A stretch of 64,000 bases of DNA from Candidatus Marinacidobacterales bacterium (GCA_965237955.1 OZ250169.1:1344001-1408000), one strand, 5' to 3'. Counted from the first letter of the stretch, positions 1-12,465 are shown. Program-made: numbers and translations. Notes: generated by a model from the letters alone, not told the origin.

Positions 1-2
1 CT

Positions 3-1586
<1,584 letters not shown>

Positions 1587-1596
1587 CGCTTAGGAG

Positions 1597-2578
1597 ATCC
1601 CGGCGCTCATCGACTTGCACCGGCATCTCGATGGCAAGCTGCGTCTCGAGACCGTTCTCGATCTCGCGCTCGAGCACGACCTCGAGCTTCCCGCGCTCGA
1701 GCTCGAATCACTTCGGCCTCATCTGCAGATCGTGGAGCCGGAAGCCGATCTCGTTGGCTTTCTCAGAAGGGTTGAGCTCATGGCAAGCGTTCTCGCGGAC
1801 TAGCATGCGTGCCGCCGCGTCGCCTACGAGAACGTCGAACACGCGCGCCGTGAAGGGCTCGACTACGTTGAGCTTCGGTTCAGCCCGGTTTCATGGCCCA
1901 CGCGCATGGGCTCCAACCCGAGGGGTCGTCGAAGCCGTATGTGATGGGGCGGCAGCTGGAGTCCGTGACGTCGGATTGCCGACAAAGCTCATCGGTATTC
2001 TGAGCCGAACCTTCGGCGTTCGTGCCGTCGATGCCGAGCGCGAAGCGCTTCTCACTCTCCGCGACAAGCTCGTCGCCCTCGATCTCGCAGGCGACGAAGC
2101 AAGCGTTCCCGGAACCGAGTTCGTCGATCACTTTCGCCGCGGGCGAGACGCCGGATGGCGCATCACCGTGCATGCCGGCGAAGTCTCCGGCGCACAAAGC
2201 GTGTGGCAAGCGCTCAACGAGCTCGGAGCGACCCGCATCGGTCACGGCGTCCGCGCCACCGAGGACACGGCGCTTTTGGACTACCTCGCCGAGCACGCGA
2301 TCGGTATCGAGTCCTGCCTGACGAGCAACATCCAGACGAGCACAGTGTCGAGTCTCGAGACCCCACCCGCTCAAGGATTTTCTCGATCGCGGCATCCTGG
2401 CGACGATCAACACCGACGACCCGACGGTGAGCGGAATCGACCTGGCGCACGAGCTGACCACCGCCGCCCCCGCCGCTGGCCTGACACCCGACCACGTACG
2501 ACGGCCCAAGAAAACGCTCTGGAGATCGCCTTCCTCGAGCCCGACGAACGCAAAGCGCTGCTCAAGGCGGAGGGATAA
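1597..2578 (+). pseudogene. add: Adenosine deaminase, disrupted (in-frame TAG plus several frameshifts)
   Basis: [32 protein letters not shown] and NTDDP motifs are spread over three frames; TAG at 1801-1803; frameshifts near 1890, 1925, 2362 and 2500; no ATG after the AGGAG at 1592. Confidence 0.88.
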
Positions 2579-2620
2579 GAACGTCACGGTCGTGCCACAT
2601 TCTTTGGCCACAATGACTAC

Positions 2621-3556
2621 GTGAATTGGCGTAGGGCCCTCCTGATCCCGCCCGTCTTGGGGTTTTGTCTGGGCGGCTGGACCTTCTACTACGAGCCTTC
2701 CAGTCTCGAAGTCCGGCGGTACGAGCTCACCTTGGCCGGGTGGCCGCGGGATCTCAATGGAATCGAGATCGCGCTCTTGAGCGATCTCCATGTGGGCTCG
2801 CCTTACTACGGGCTCGACAAGCTCGAAGAGGTTGTGCGTCGCGTGAACGCGAGCGAGCCGGATCTCGTGCTCTTGGCCGGGGATTACGTGATCGACGGCG
2901 TGAGCGGTGGACGGTTTGTTCCTCCGGAGGATATCGCGTCTGTCTTGGTAAAGCTCGACGCACCGCTCGGCGTGTTCGCGGTCCTGGGAAATCACGATTG
3001 GTGGCTCGATGGCCCTCGTGTACGTGGCGCGCTTGAGAACGCTGGCATTCGCGTACTCGACGATCAAGCGGTTCGTCTCTCGGAGTTTTGGGTCGTCGGT
3101 CTAGGTGATTGGTGGGAGGCATCTCCCGACATTCCCCAAGCGCTCGCGAGCATTGACAGTGAGGATGATGCGCCCGTCGTCGCGTTCACCCACAACCCTG
3201 ACGCGTTCCCGAAAATCCCGCCGCGAGTGACGTTGACGCTCGCCAGACATACCCACGGCGGCCAAGTGCGCTTTCCGTTTTGGGGCGCACCGATCGTCCC
3301 CTCGCGTTACGGTAATCGCTATGCGCACGGGCACATCGTCGAGAACGGACGGCACCTGTTCGTGACCTCCTGTCTCGGCACGAGCATTATTCCAGCTCGG
3401 TTTCGGGTGCCGCCGGAGATTGCACTCCTTCGTCTTTCCAACGAAAGCGCAGAATCGCACCGCCGGACGTCCGATGAGCGCCCGCGAGGACGGCCGCTGA
3501 CGCGCCCGCGCCAACGCCCGGCCGAGGTAAGTGAGACAAAACGAAGCCCGACCTGA
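2621..3556 (+). CDS. Calcineurin-like metallophosphoesterase (YkuE-like), possibly decaying
   Basis: SDLH, AGDY, GNHD, THNPD and HTHGGQ motifs; atypical LARHTHGG (usually LAGH) and VTSCLG (usually VTSGLG); junk-like C-terminal tail. Confidence 0.85.
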   Translation: MNWRRALLIPPVLGFCLGGWTFYYEPSSLEVRRYELTLAGWPRDLNGIEIALLSDLHVGSPYYGLDKLEEVVRRVNASEPDLVLLAGDYVIDGVSGGRFVPPEDIASVLVKLDAPLGVFAVLGNHDWWLDGPRVRGALENAGIRVLDDQAVRLSEFWVVGLGDWWEASPDIPQALASIDSEDDAPVVAFTHNPDAFPKIPPRVTLTLARHTHGGQVRFPFWGAPIVPSRYGNRYAHGHIVENGRHLFVTSCLGTSIIPARFRVPPEIALLRLSNESAESHRRTSDERPRGRPLTRPRQRPAEVSETKRSPT

Positions 3557-3646
3557 ATGCTCCACACCGTTGCCACCGGGTGCGGGAACGTTCGAGCTCG
3601 GAGCCTGGTAAGGATTGAGTTCCAACATGACTGAAAATCAAAAAAT

Positions 3647-3670
3647 ACAAAAAAACTTCCGGAGGAAGTT
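3647..3670 (-). terminator. Terminator-like hairpin followed by a T-tract on the minus strand
   Basis: AACTTCC-N3-GGAAGTT at 3654-3670, preceded by A-runs on the + strand. Confidence 0.35.
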
Positions 3671-3769
3671 ATCACGACTCCGCTAGTCCGGGACTCTGCC
3701 AGGATTACACTGCCCTCCTAGCGAACAACTTCTACGCACTTGAGATGTGAGCGCGGAGCGCGAACAATA

Positions 3770-3791
3770 CCGAAAGCTGAGAGCTGAAAGC
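3770..3791. repeat. Heptamer tandem repeat CCGAAAG CTGAGAG CTGAAAG
   Basis: Read directly in the intergenic sequence. Confidence 0.5.
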
Positions 3792-3853
3792 CAGAAATCT
3801 AACGTCGACGGCGGACATCCCACGCCAACCGCCGTCCACTGGGAGGAAGCCAA

Positions 3854-4984
3854 ATGAACCTGGATCATCCACTCATCGCAGCCGCGGCTCAAATCAGCCC
3901 CGTCTTCATGAAGAAGAAGGAGAGCATCGAAAAATACGCCGAGTGCATTCACGAAGCAGGCCGGCAGGGCGTCGACCTCGTGGTGACTCCCGAGACGGGG
4001 ATCTCGACGTATCCGTATTGGCGCAACAACTTCGGTTACACGAATCCTGAGAGCGCTGGGCTTTGGAAAGACACGGTCGTTTCGTTCTACGACCAGTCCG
4101 TCCGTATCCCGAGCCCGGAAACGGAGCTTCTGTCGAAGGCGTGCGCGAGCGCCGGCGTCGTTGCCGTAATCGGATTGAACGAGCAAGACGATCGTGATGG
4201 CTCAGCGACGCTCTACAACACCATGCTGTTCATCGATCGCGATGGGACTCTTCTCGGACGTCACCGAAAGTTGGTGCCAACTCACCAGGAACGGTTTTTC
4301 TGGGGGCGCGGGGACGCATCGGATCTCCAGGTCTTCGACACCCACTTCGGCAAGCTCGGTGGGCTCGTCTGCTTCGAGAATCACATGACGCTCATGAAGG
4401 CGGTGATGGCCGTGAAAGGCGAAGAAGTGCACGCCGCGTGTTGGCCCGGATGGTGGAGCTACGGCGGTAAAGGGAATTCCGTCAGGGACATGACCGGCGA
4501 GGTTCGGCCGCTCTACTTGTCGGATCAGGACTCGGCGATACGAGAGTACGCGTTCGAAACGCAAACCTTTGTCGTGAGCGCGTCGATGTACATGCCCGAG
4601 GACGCGGTTCCCGACGATTTTCCCTACAAGAAGACGGCGTCGTGGAAGTGGGCGATGGGTGGCAGCGCCATCGCGAATCCGTTTGGTGCCTATGTCAAGG
4701 AGCCCGTGTTCCATCGCGAGGAGCTCGTCATCGCCGAGCTCGACCCGAAAGATCGGATCGTCGCCAAAAACGTCTTCGATTGCATGGGGCACTACAGCCG
4801 CTGGGACGTTGTCTCGCTCCGGGTACGCGACGAAGACTTCGGGCCGACCGGGGTCGCGTCACCGCCGCGACGCATCAAGCTCGAGCACGTGGAGGCGGTC
4901 GCGGAAAAACACCACCTCTCACCCGAAAAAGTGGAAACGATCCTGCGCGAGTTGGAGACACTCGCGGTGGACGTCGAGGGCTAG
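3854..4984 (+). CDS. Nitrilase (carbon-nitrogen hydrolase family)
   Basis: Catalytic triad motifs TPE, HRKLVPT and VCFENHM; C-terminal DCMGHYSR; GGAGG RBS. Confidence 0.92.
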   Translation: MNLDHPLIAAAAQISPVFMKKKESIEKYAECIHEAGRQGVDLVVTPETGISTYPYWRNNFGYTNPESAGLWKDTVVSFYDQSVRIPSPETELLSKACASAGVVAVIGLNEQDDRDGSATLYNTMLFIDRDGTLLGRHRKLVPTHQERFFWGRGDASDLQVFDTHFGKLGGLVCFENHMTLMKAVMAVKGEEVHAACWPGWWSYGGKGNSVRDMTGEVRPLYLSDQDSAIREYAFETQTFVVSASMYMPEDAVPDDFPYKKTASWKWAMGGSAIANPFGAYVKEPVFHREELVIAELDPKDRIVAKNVFDCMGHYSRWDVVSLRVRDEDFGPTGVASPPRRIKLEHVEAVAEKHHLSPEKVETILRELETLAVDVEG

Positions 4985-5475
4985 GCCGCGTCCGTTTTGG
5001 CGCCGGTGAGCTCGCGCTGGAAGGCGTTGGCGACGGCGTTTTGCTGGAGGAGATAGTAGCCCTCGACGAGGAGAGCAACGCCGCTGTAGATCAGCGCGAG
5101 GTAGCCGAGTCCGCCGTGAATCCACGATGGGATGGCCCGGGTGTGGGCGGCGCCGCCGAGAACGAACGTTGCCATGAGTAACCCCATGCCGCCAAATGCC
5201 CACGGCAGCACTTTGGCTTTGATGCGACGGCTTTCGGCCAGACGTTTCTTGCCTTTTCCATGCTCCTGGACGGCGCGCTTGATGTTTCCGGACATTCCGG
5301 CGAAATAGAAATAAGTCATGGTGTGGGTGAACACGGCGAGCATCGCGGCGGCGAGGGCGAGCATGAAGTGGCGTCCGAACGCGCCGCCCCCCTCGGGGAT
5401 CTTGATACCATAAAATACAGTGATGCTGATAGCGGCGATGGACAGGAGGTTCAACGTGAGTAGGCCGATGGTCAT
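4981..5475 (-). CDS. Integral membrane protein, about 4 TM, unknown function
   Basis: Four hydrophobic segments with embedded His residues; TATAAT upstream on the minus strand. Confidence 0.7.
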   Translation of the reverse strand: MTIGLLTLNLLSIAAISITVFYGIKIPEGGGAFGRHFMLALAAAMLAVFTHTMTYFYFAGMSGNIKRAVQEHGKGKKRLAESRRIKAKVLPWAFGGMGLLMATFVLGGAAHTRAIPSWIHGGLGYLALIYSGVALLVEGYYLLQQNAVANAFQRELTGAKTDAA

Positions 5476-5698
5476 GAGGAGCGCACATTATATATGGATT
5501 GGGTTGGCCATAAGCCTCGCGGCAGCCGCGCCTGCGCTCATCGACGACGGACTTGCCGACGAGTACGAAGTTCTGATCTACCCGACGCGCGTGGTCATCG
5601 ATCGCAACGGACGGGTCCGCTACCGCGTCGAGGGTTTCGCCGAAGAAAGCTTCCGAGCTCTCGAGGGCGTGGTGGAGCGTCTTCTGGCAGAGAGTTGA
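5474..5698 (+). pseudogene. TlpA/redoxin C-terminal half joined to a signal-like peptide (CxxC half missing)
   Basis: YPTRVVIDRNGRVRY matches the thioredoxin-fold cis-Pro strand; no CxxC; 74 aa. Confidence 0.55.
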
Positions 5699-5702
5699 TC
5701 GC

Positions 5703-6542
5703 ATGAGCCGCAAGCAGCGAGAGAAACGATCGCGGGCGAAAAGCGACGCGAAGGCGCCGAGCGCGCCCGATCGCGAGCGGTCCGCGCCGGCGGCCAAGAA
5801 AGCCGACGCCACCATCAACAAACTCGGGCTCATCGTCGCCGTGGTTGGGCTCGGCGGGCTCTTTGGGCTCGTTCTGTTCCTCGGGGAGGGACCACCGCCC
5901 GCCTCCACGAGCGCAACCGAATCGAGTGAGCCCAAGGCCGAAGCGGAACCGGAAGAGCCGCCGGTCGAAAGATGGCAGGCCGCGTTCTTGCAAGAGGTCC
6001 CGATCGATCCCGGTCGAGATTTCTTCCGTGGTCCCGAAGACGCTCGCGTGAGCATCGTGGAGTTCACCGATTTCGAATGTCCGTTCTGCACGGTTGCTCA
6101 CACATCCCTCAAAGAAATATTGGAGCGATATCCATCGGACGTGCGGCTGGTGTACAAGAACTTTCCACTCGACATGGCGTGCAACGCCGACATGGCGCAA
6201 CAACTCCATCCCTATGCGTGCAAGGCAGCGGTCATGGCGCGCTGTGCCGGTGCCAAGAATCCCCAACTGTTCTGGCGCTTCCACGATGCGATCTTCGAAG
6301 GCGAGGGGTTCAACGACGAGTGGTTGGACGCGAAGGCGACGGAGCTCGGGCTCACCGGAGAGAGCTTCGCGAGCTGCGTGACCGGAAGGGAAGCGTTCGA
6401 CGAAGTGCGCGCCGATATCGAGCTCGCGCGCTCGCTCGGCGTGAACGCCACACCGACGGTGTACGTCAACGGTCGCGTCGCGCCGTCGTATCAAACCGAT
6501 GCGCTCGTCGAGATCATCGACCACATCATTGACTCGAACTGA
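5703..6542 (+). CDS. Membrane-anchored DsbA-family thiol-disulfide oxidoreductase
   Basis: EFTDFECPFC, YKNFPL and GVNATPT motifs; N-terminal TM. Confidence 0.9.
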   Translation: MSRKQREKRSRAKSDAKAPSAPDRERSAPAAKKADATINKLGLIVAVVGLGGLFGLVLFLGEGPPPASTSATESSEPKAEAEPEEPPVERWQAAFLQEVPIDPGRDFFRGPEDARVSIVEFTDFECPFCTVAHTSLKEILERYPSDVRLVYKNFPLDMACNADMAQQLHPYACKAAVMARCAGAKNPQLFWRFHDAIFEGEGFNDEWLDAKATELGLTGESFASCVTGREAFDEVRADIELARSLGVNATPTVYVNGRVAPSYQTDALVEIIDHIIDSN

Positions 6543-9390
6543 GGCGCTACCCATCGACAAAGTTTTTGCGGCGGTCCGGAAGCAGTCTCCTGCAGACGCG
6601 TGGTCTCGCGGCGTAACCCTTGCCCGTCGAGGCGCGGTCTCCATCGATTCTCGGAGCGATGAAGAAGTCGCAGCTCGGGTCGACATCCAAGGCTCGCCGT
6701 TGTCGCCGTCGGTCACTCTCTATCTCGAAGACGTCGAGTGGGAGTGTGATTGCGACAGTCCTCTCGATGCGTGCGAGCACGTCGCGGCGGTCGTGATCGC
6801 GTGTCGCCAGGGTGCGGAGAAGCCGAGGGTCGCCCGTTCGATCGAGTACCGGCTGCGACGTATTCCGGAGGGTTTTTTCTTCGAACGCGGTGTCGCGACT
6901 GAGGAAGACGAAGACGAACAGTTTCATGTCATCGAGGTCCCGCTAGACGCGTTGGCTGCGGGACGTTTTCAAGGTCCGGATGTCGCTGCGACTCCCGATG
7001 ATCTCACCGTCGAGAAAGCACTTCGTGGGACTCTTCGCGGGGTCATCACCCGTGAGGCCGCTCCGCGAGTGTTCCGAGCGCTCGCGCGCGTGGACCGCGT
7101 AACCCTGGACGGAAAGCCGGTACGAGTTTCCGGCGAGCCTCGCCGTCCGATTGTCGTCGTGGAAGATGCACCGGGGGGATTTCGCGTTCGTCTCGAGACG
7201 GCCGATTCGCCTGATTCGAATGATGACGACGTGCTCCGCCCAGATGGTGATGCGCCGCTTTCCGGTCGAGAGCTTCACGACCTGCGACGGGAGCGAATTT
7301 TTCGGCGGGAGGACGTCGGCGAGCTCGTGGGATCGGTGCTACCGTCTCTGGCCAAACGCGTGGCGCTCGACGTGAGAACGAAACGGCTTCCGTCCTCGGC
7401 GCGCGAGCGGCCCCGCATGGCGCTCACGTTGCGGCGCGACGGAGACAATCTTTACGTGCTGCCAGGTATCGTGTACGGCGATCCGCCGGTGGCGCGCGTC
7501 GACGGCGAGCGGGTCGTTTCTCTCCGAGGTGTCGTGCCATTGAGGGATCCCGAGGCGGAGGCGGCGGTCTCGAAACGCTTTCTCCATGAGCTCGGCCTCC
7601 ACACCGGGCGAGGCGAAGAGCTTGCGACCGAGGACGCGCTCGAGTTCGTCGCCTCGGTCAAAGGCTTCGATGGACACATCGAAGGCGACGGCCTGGTCGC
7701 GTTTCAGCTCGGTCCCGAGCTCGCTCCGAATCTTTCGCTCCATGCGGACGACCTCGAGCTCGACTTCGGTAGCGTCGATGCGAGAACCGTTCTTCGGGCG
7801 TGGCGCGATGGGTCCTCGCTCGTCCGGCTGAGCGAAGGCGGTTTCGCGCCGCTACCGCTCGACTGGCTCGAGCGCTACGGCACCCAGGTCGCGGATCTTC
7901 TCGCGGCACGCGCGGCGCGCGGTGAGCTTCCACGCTCGTCGCTTCCCGATCTCGCGCGCTTGTGCGAGGAGCTCGACGCGCCGACACCGCCAGGGTTCGA
8001 GAGACTCCGCACACTCGTCGAGGACTTCACTGCGCTGCCCGAAGCCGGTGTTCCCGACGAGCTCCATCGTAAGCTTCGAGAGTATCAACGCCAAGGTGTG
8101 AACTGGCTGGCGTTTCTCAAACGAGCGGAGCTCGGAGCGCTTCTCGCCGACGATATGGGGCTCGGGAAAACACTTCAGGCCTTGTGCGTCCTCGAGCGGC
8201 GGAGTCTCGTCGTTGCGCCTATTAGCGTTCTCCAGAACTGGGTCGCTGAGGCCCGGCGTTTCCGTCCGGAGCTTTCCGTCAGTGTGTATCACGGCCCCGA
8301 CCGAGCTCTCGACGAACGCCCCGATGTTACCGTCACCAGCCACGCGCTCTTGCGGATCGATCGTGAAATCCTGAGCGCGCTCGAGTGGGATACCGTCGTG
8401 ATCGACGAATCCCAGACCATCCGGAACCCGGACACCGAGCTCGCCCGGGCCGCGTACACGTTGCGTGCCCGGTTTCGGGTGAGCTTGACGGGAACCCCGA
8501 TCGAGAATCGCCTCGTCGACTTGTGGAGCCAGATGCACTTTCTCAATCCCGGCTTTCTCGGAGAGGTTTCGGATTTCGAAGAGCGCTACGTGCGGCCGGT
8601 CGAGCGCGGTGAGTCCGAGCCCCTCGCTCGACTTCGAAAGCGCATCCGTCCGTTTTTCCTACGAAGGCTCAAAAGCGTCGTGGCGCCGGAGCTTCCGCCG
8701 CGAACCGAGATCACGTTGCGCGCTGAGCTCAGCGAGGATGAACGTGCCGTGTATGACACTGTGCGTCTCGCCGCGCGCCGAGACGTCCTCACCAAACTCG
8801 AGAAGAAGGGAAACGTGCTCGCGGCGCTCGAAGCTTTGTTGCGCTTGCGACAAGCGGCGTGTCACCCGGCGCTGGTGCCGGGCCAACACGCGGAGACGTC
8901 GTCGAAGACGGAGCTTCTACTCGAAACGCTCGAGACCGCGGCATCCGAAGGGCACAAAGCGCTCGTGTTCTCCCAGTGGACGTCGATGCTCGATCTGCTC
9001 GAGCCGCACATGGCGTCCCATGGCCTCGAGTACGTGCGGCTCGATGGAACGACTATGGACCGCGCCGCGGTCGTGGATCGCTTCCAAACCGATGACGACG
9101 TTTCCGTTTTTCTCATCTCGCTCAAGGCGGGCGGCACCGGTCTCAACCTCACGGCCGCCGATCACGTGTTCCTTTTCGATCCCTGGTGGAATCCGGCGGT
9201 AGAAGAACAAGCGTTCGATCGAGCCCACCGCATCGGTCAGGACAAGCCCGTGTTCGTACACCGGCTCGTGGCGGCGAATACGGTGGAAGAGCGCATCCTT
9301 CTTCTCCAGGAGTACAAGCGCGCACTTTCCGATGTGACCACCGGCGCGACAACATTGACCCGAGACATTCTGCTGCAGCTCCTGGAGTGA
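6529..9390 (+). CDS. SWIM zinc finger / SNF2-family helicase
   Basis: CDC-x6-CEH SWIM motif; LADDMGLGKT, DESQ, LTGTPIEN, GGTGLNLT and RAHRIGQ; start uncertain (6499 or TTG 6529). Confidence 0.93.
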   Translation: MTRTEALPIDKVFAAVRKQSPADAWSRGVTLARRGAVSIDSRSDEEVAARVDIQGSPLSPSVTLYLEDVEWECDCDSPLDACEHVAAVVIACRQGAEKPRVARSIEYRLRRIPEGFFFERGVATEEDEDEQFHVIEVPLDALAAGRFQGPDVAATPDDLTVEKALRGTLRGVITREAAPRVFRALARVDRVTLDGKPVRVSGEPRRPIVVVEDAPGGFRVRLETADSPDSNDDDVLRPDGDAPLSGRELHDLRRERIFRREDVGELVGSVLPSLAKRVALDVRTKRLPSSARERPRMALTLRRDGDNLYVLPGIVYGDPPVARVDGERVVSLRGVVPLRDPEAEAAVSKRFLHELGLHTGRGEELATEDALEFVASVKGFDGHIEGDGLVAFQLGPELAPNLSLHADDLELDFGSVDARTVLRAWRDGSSLVRLSEGGFAPLPLDWLERYGTQVADLLAARAARGELPRSSLPDLARLCEELDAPTPPGFERLRTLVEDFTALPEAGVPDELHRKLREYQRQGVNWLAFLKRAELGALLADDMGLGKTLQALCVLERRSLVVAPISVLQNWVAEARRFRPELSVSVYHGPDRALDERPDVTVTSHALLRIDREILSALEWDTVVIDESQTIRNPDTELARAAYTLRARFRVSLTGTPIENRLVDLWSQMHFLNPGFLGEVSDFEERYVRPVERGESEPLARLRKRIRPFFLRRLKSVVAPELPPRTEITLRAELSEDERAVYDTVRLAARRDVLTKLEKKGNVLAALEALLRLRQAACHPALVPGQHAETSSKTELLLETLETAASEGHKALVFSQWTSMLDLLEPHMASHGLEYVRLDGTTMDRAAVVDRFQTDDDVSVFLISLKAGGTGLNLTAADHVFLFDPWWNPAVEEQAFDRAHRIGQDKPVFVHRLVAANTVEERILLLQEYKRALSDVTTGATTLTRDILLQLLE

Positions 9391-9408
9391 CGCTAGAATG
9401 CGCGCATC

Positions 9409-10560
9409 ATGAAGCTTCCCAGTCAGCGGCATCTTTTCGATATTCCCGACGACGTCACCTACTTGAATTGCGCGTACATGTCTCCGTTGATGCATTGCGT
9501 GCGGGACGCCGGCGTTCGAGGGCTCGGGCAAAAGTGCCGGCCGTGGGAGATCCACACCAAGCATTTCTTCGAGGGCTCGGATAGGTTGCGTGAGGCGTTT
9601 GCCGAGCTCGTGCACGCGAGCCCGGAAGACATCGCGATCGTTCCCGCGGCGAGCTACGGCGTCTCGACGGCGGCTAAGAATCTGCCGCTCGCTCGCGGCC
9701 AGAGCGTTTTAGTCGTCGACCAACAGTTCCCCTCGAACATCTATCCGTGGCGCGAGCGGGCGAAAGAAGTCGGCGCCGAGGTACGCACTCTCGACCGTCC
9801 GGAAGAAGACGACTGGACGACGGCCGTTCTCGAGGCTATCGACGACACGACCGCGATTCTCGCGCTCCCTCATTGCCGCTGGACCGACGGTGGCCTGTTC
9901 GATCTCGAAAAACTCTCAGCCCGTTGCCGCGAGAGATCGATCGCGCTTGCCCTCGACGTGACCCAGTCCGCCGGCGCGTTCCCTCTCGATGTCAGGCGCA
10001 TCCAGCCCGATTTCCTTACAGCCGCGACCTACAAATGGCTCATGGGACCGTACTCGCTCGGCGTGCTCTATGTTTCCAAACGCTGGCAACAAGAAGGGCG
10101 CCCCATCGAGCACAACTGGGTCCATCGAAAAAATGCCGAGAACTTCGCGCGCCTCATCGACTACCAGGACGAGTTCGCCCCCGGCGCGGTGCGCTACGAC
10201 GTCGGCGAGCGGTCGAACTTCGCGCTCGTCCCCGCTGCCGAGGCCGGGATCCGGCAGCTTCTGGAGTGGGGCGTCGAGAACATCCAGGAGACCGTCGCGG
10301 CGCTGACCCGCTCCATCGCCGAGCGCGCACGCGCGCTGGGACTGGAGTCCGTGCCGGCAGAAAAGCGTGCCGGCCACTATCTAGGCTTGAAAAAGCCGGG
10401 CGGGCTTCCGGAAGGACTTCTCCGGAAGCTGGCCGAGCGCAATGTCTTCGTCAGCGTAAGGGGCCCGTCCATCCGCGTCACCCCCCACGTCTACAACGAC
10501 GAGAGAGACGCGGATCGCTTCATCGCCGCTCTAAAGGACGTTCTTCACCTGGCGCGATGA
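9409..10560 (+). CDS. Aminotransferase class V PLP-dependent enzyme
   Basis: YLNCAYMSP, LDVTQSAG, ATYKWLMGP and RVTPHVYN motifs. Confidence 0.9.
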   Translation: MKLPSQRHLFDIPDDVTYLNCAYMSPLMHCVRDAGVRGLGQKCRPWEIHTKHFFEGSDRLREAFAELVHASPEDIAIVPAASYGVSTAAKNLPLARGQSVLVVDQQFPSNIYPWRERAKEVGAEVRTLDRPEEDDWTTAVLEAIDDTTAILALPHCRWTDGGLFDLEKLSARCRERSIALALDVTQSAGAFPLDVRRIQPDFLTAATYKWLMGPYSLGVLYVSKRWQQEGRPIEHNWVHRKNAENFARLIDYQDEFAPGAVRYDVGERSNFALVPAAEAGIRQLLEWGVENIQETVAALTRSIAERARALGLESVPAEKRAGHYLGLKKPGGLPEGLLRKLAERNVFVSVRGPSIRVTPHVYNDERDADRFIAALKDVLHLAR

Positions 10561-10638
10561 CGTCGGCGATATTTGGGTCATGGACGTCGCTCAGCAGTAG
10601 CAACCTCGCCACCGTCCGTTCTATGATGCCCAAGTTCC

Positions 10639-11517
10639 ATGAAGGTTTATCTAGATACGGTGCGGGAAGTGCTCGACACCGGCACGCGGAAAGAAAACCG
10701 CACCGGCGTCGATACGATCTCGACGTTCAACATTAATTACGAGATCGACCTCGCCGACGGCTTCCCTCTCCTGACCACGAAAAAGATCTCCTGGAAGAAC
10801 ATCATCGTCGAGAACTTGTGGTTTCTCTCCGGCGATAGAGACATCGGCCTACTCCGAAAACACGGCTGCAAGTTCTGGGATCCGTGGGCGGACGAGAACG
10901 GGCTCGTCCCGAGCGCCTACGGCAACTTCTGGCGCCATTTCCCCGTCCACGATGGCGGGCAGGCGAGCTTCAACGATCAGATCGCGTGGGTTCTCGAAGA
11001 GATAAAGCACAATCCGATGTCGCGCCGTCTCGTGGTCACGGCGTGGGCTCCCGGCAATGCGCAGACGAGCAAGCTCCCTCCTTGTCATTGCATGTTCATC
11101 TTCAACCTTCAGAACCACCGTGACGGCACGCCTAGGCTCAACCTTCACTTGACGCAGAGAAGCAATGACATCGCGCTCGGCATTCCGTACAACATCGCCG
11201 GCTACAGCTTCCTCCTCGAGCTGTACTCCCACTTCACCGGCATTCGGTCTGGCATCTTCGGCCAAACGCTCGTCGATGCGCACATCTACACCGCCAAGCC
11301 GGACGGCTCGATGGCCGAGTACGACCACGTGCCGGGGCTGAGAGAGCAGCTTTCTCGCAGCCCGCGGAGACTCCCGCGGCTTCATATCTCGCCCGACGTT
11401 CGCTCGCTCGACGACATCGAAGCACTGATGCAAGAAGACACCGATACCGTCATGAGCCATTTCGAGCTCGAAGGCTACGATCCGTATCCGGCGATCCAGT
11501 TCAAGGTCGCCGTGTGA
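10639..11517 (+). CDS. thyA: Thymidylate synthase
   Basis: NRTG, FPLLTTKK, LPPCH, QRSxD..LGIPYN and DAHIY motifs. Confidence 0.97.
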   Translation: MKVYLDTVREVLDTGTRKENRTGVDTISTFNINYEIDLADGFPLLTTKKISWKNIIVENLWFLSGDRDIGLLRKHGCKFWDPWADENGLVPSAYGNFWRHFPVHDGGQASFNDQIAWVLEEIKHNPMSRRLVVTAWAPGNAQTSKLPPCHCMFIFNLQNHRDGTPRLNLHLTQRSNDIALGIPYNIAGYSFLLELYSHFTGIRSGIFGQTLVDAHIYTAKPDGSMAEYDHVPGLREQLSRSPRRLPRLHISPDVRSLDDIEALMQEDTDTVMSHFELEGYDPYPAIQFKVAV

Positions 11518-11993
11518 TGGTCGGGATCATCGTGGCGGTCTCACCCGAAGGGATCATTGGCGTCGACGGCGGCATTCCCTGGCACTACTCGGCCGACATG
11601 AAACGCTTCAAGCGCATCACCATGGGCTCGACCGTCATCATGGGCCGGCACACGTGGGAGTCGCTTCCCAAAAAACCTCTGAAAGACAGACGCAACATCG
11701 TGATTACGAGTCGCGATCTCGACAATATTAAAGGCGTCGATTGTTACCGTGACGTCGCATCCGCCCTAGCGAGTACAACCGGCGACGTTTGGTTCATCGG
11801 CGGTGCCCGTATCTACGAAGAAGCGATGGGTCACGCCGATCTCATCGATCTCACCTATGTGCCCGACCACATCGACGCCGCGGGCGCGGCTCGCTTTCCC
11901 GATATCGACGAAGCGGTTTGGGAGTCGGGCCCTCGCGAGCGCGCTCCCGACGACGACCGGCTCGAGCGGCAAGTCTATCGGCGACGAAATTAG
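11514..11993 (+). CDS. folA: Dihydrofolate reductase
   Basis: GIPW, IMGRHTWESL and FIGGARIY motifs; GTGA overlap with thyA. Confidence 0.95.
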   Translation: MMVGIIVAVSPEGIIGVDGGIPWHYSADMKRFKRITMGSTVIMGRHTWESLPKKPLKDRRNIVITSRDLDNIKGVDCYRDVASALASTTGDVWFIGGARIYEEAMGHADLIDLTYVPDHIDAAGAARFPDIDEAVWESGPRERAPDDDRLERQVYRRRN

Positions 11994-12001
11994 TCTTCCC
12001 C

Positions 12002-12400
12002 GTGAGCGACGCCCGACACGAATACGTAACCAGCCCCGAGCTCCCGGCCGCTCGCGGACCGTACTCGCCCGCGGTCACCCTCGGGAATCTCGTGATCGTG
12101 TCCGGACAAGGTGCCGTCGATCCCGCGACGGGAAAGCTCAGCGGACCCGACGTCGAGTCCCAGACCGAGCAAGTGTTCAAGAACATCGAGACGATTTTGA
12201 AGGCCGCGGGCTCCGAGTTTCAGCACATCCAGCGCTGCGGAGTCTTCCTCCAGGACATCGCCGAGTTCTCGAAGATGAACGCCGTGTATGAGCGGGTGAT
12301 GGCCGGACATCGCCCGGCGCGGACGACGGTGCAGGTGGCCGCTCTTCCCATCGAAGGCCAGCGCGTCGAGATCGACGCCATCGCATACCTGGCCAAATAG
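12002..12400 (+). CDS. RidA/YjgF/UK114 family enamine deaminase
   Basis: GPYSPAV, VSGQ, PARTTVQV and VEIDAIA motifs. Confidence 0.92.
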   Translation: MSDARHEYVTSPELPAARGPYSPAVTLGNLVIVSGQGAVDPATGKLSGPDVESQTEQVFKNIETILKAAGSEFQHIQRCGVFLQDIAEFSKMNAVYERVMAGHRPARTTVQVAALPIEGQRVEIDAIAYLAK

Positions 12401-12465
12401 CAAACGGACGCGCTGAAACTTCCCAACTCGCCATCTGGTTGGTATGGTGGTCGAGGGGAGTACCT

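Noticed and set aside
3101-3628. Minus-strand ORF starting MLELNPYQAP
   Set aside because: It is mostly antisense to the phosphoesterase; at best a short remnant, and not supportable as a gene
6529-9390. SNF2 helicase as a defence system
   Set aside because: It has the ordinary SWIM-SNF2 architecture with no methylase or nuclease neighbours
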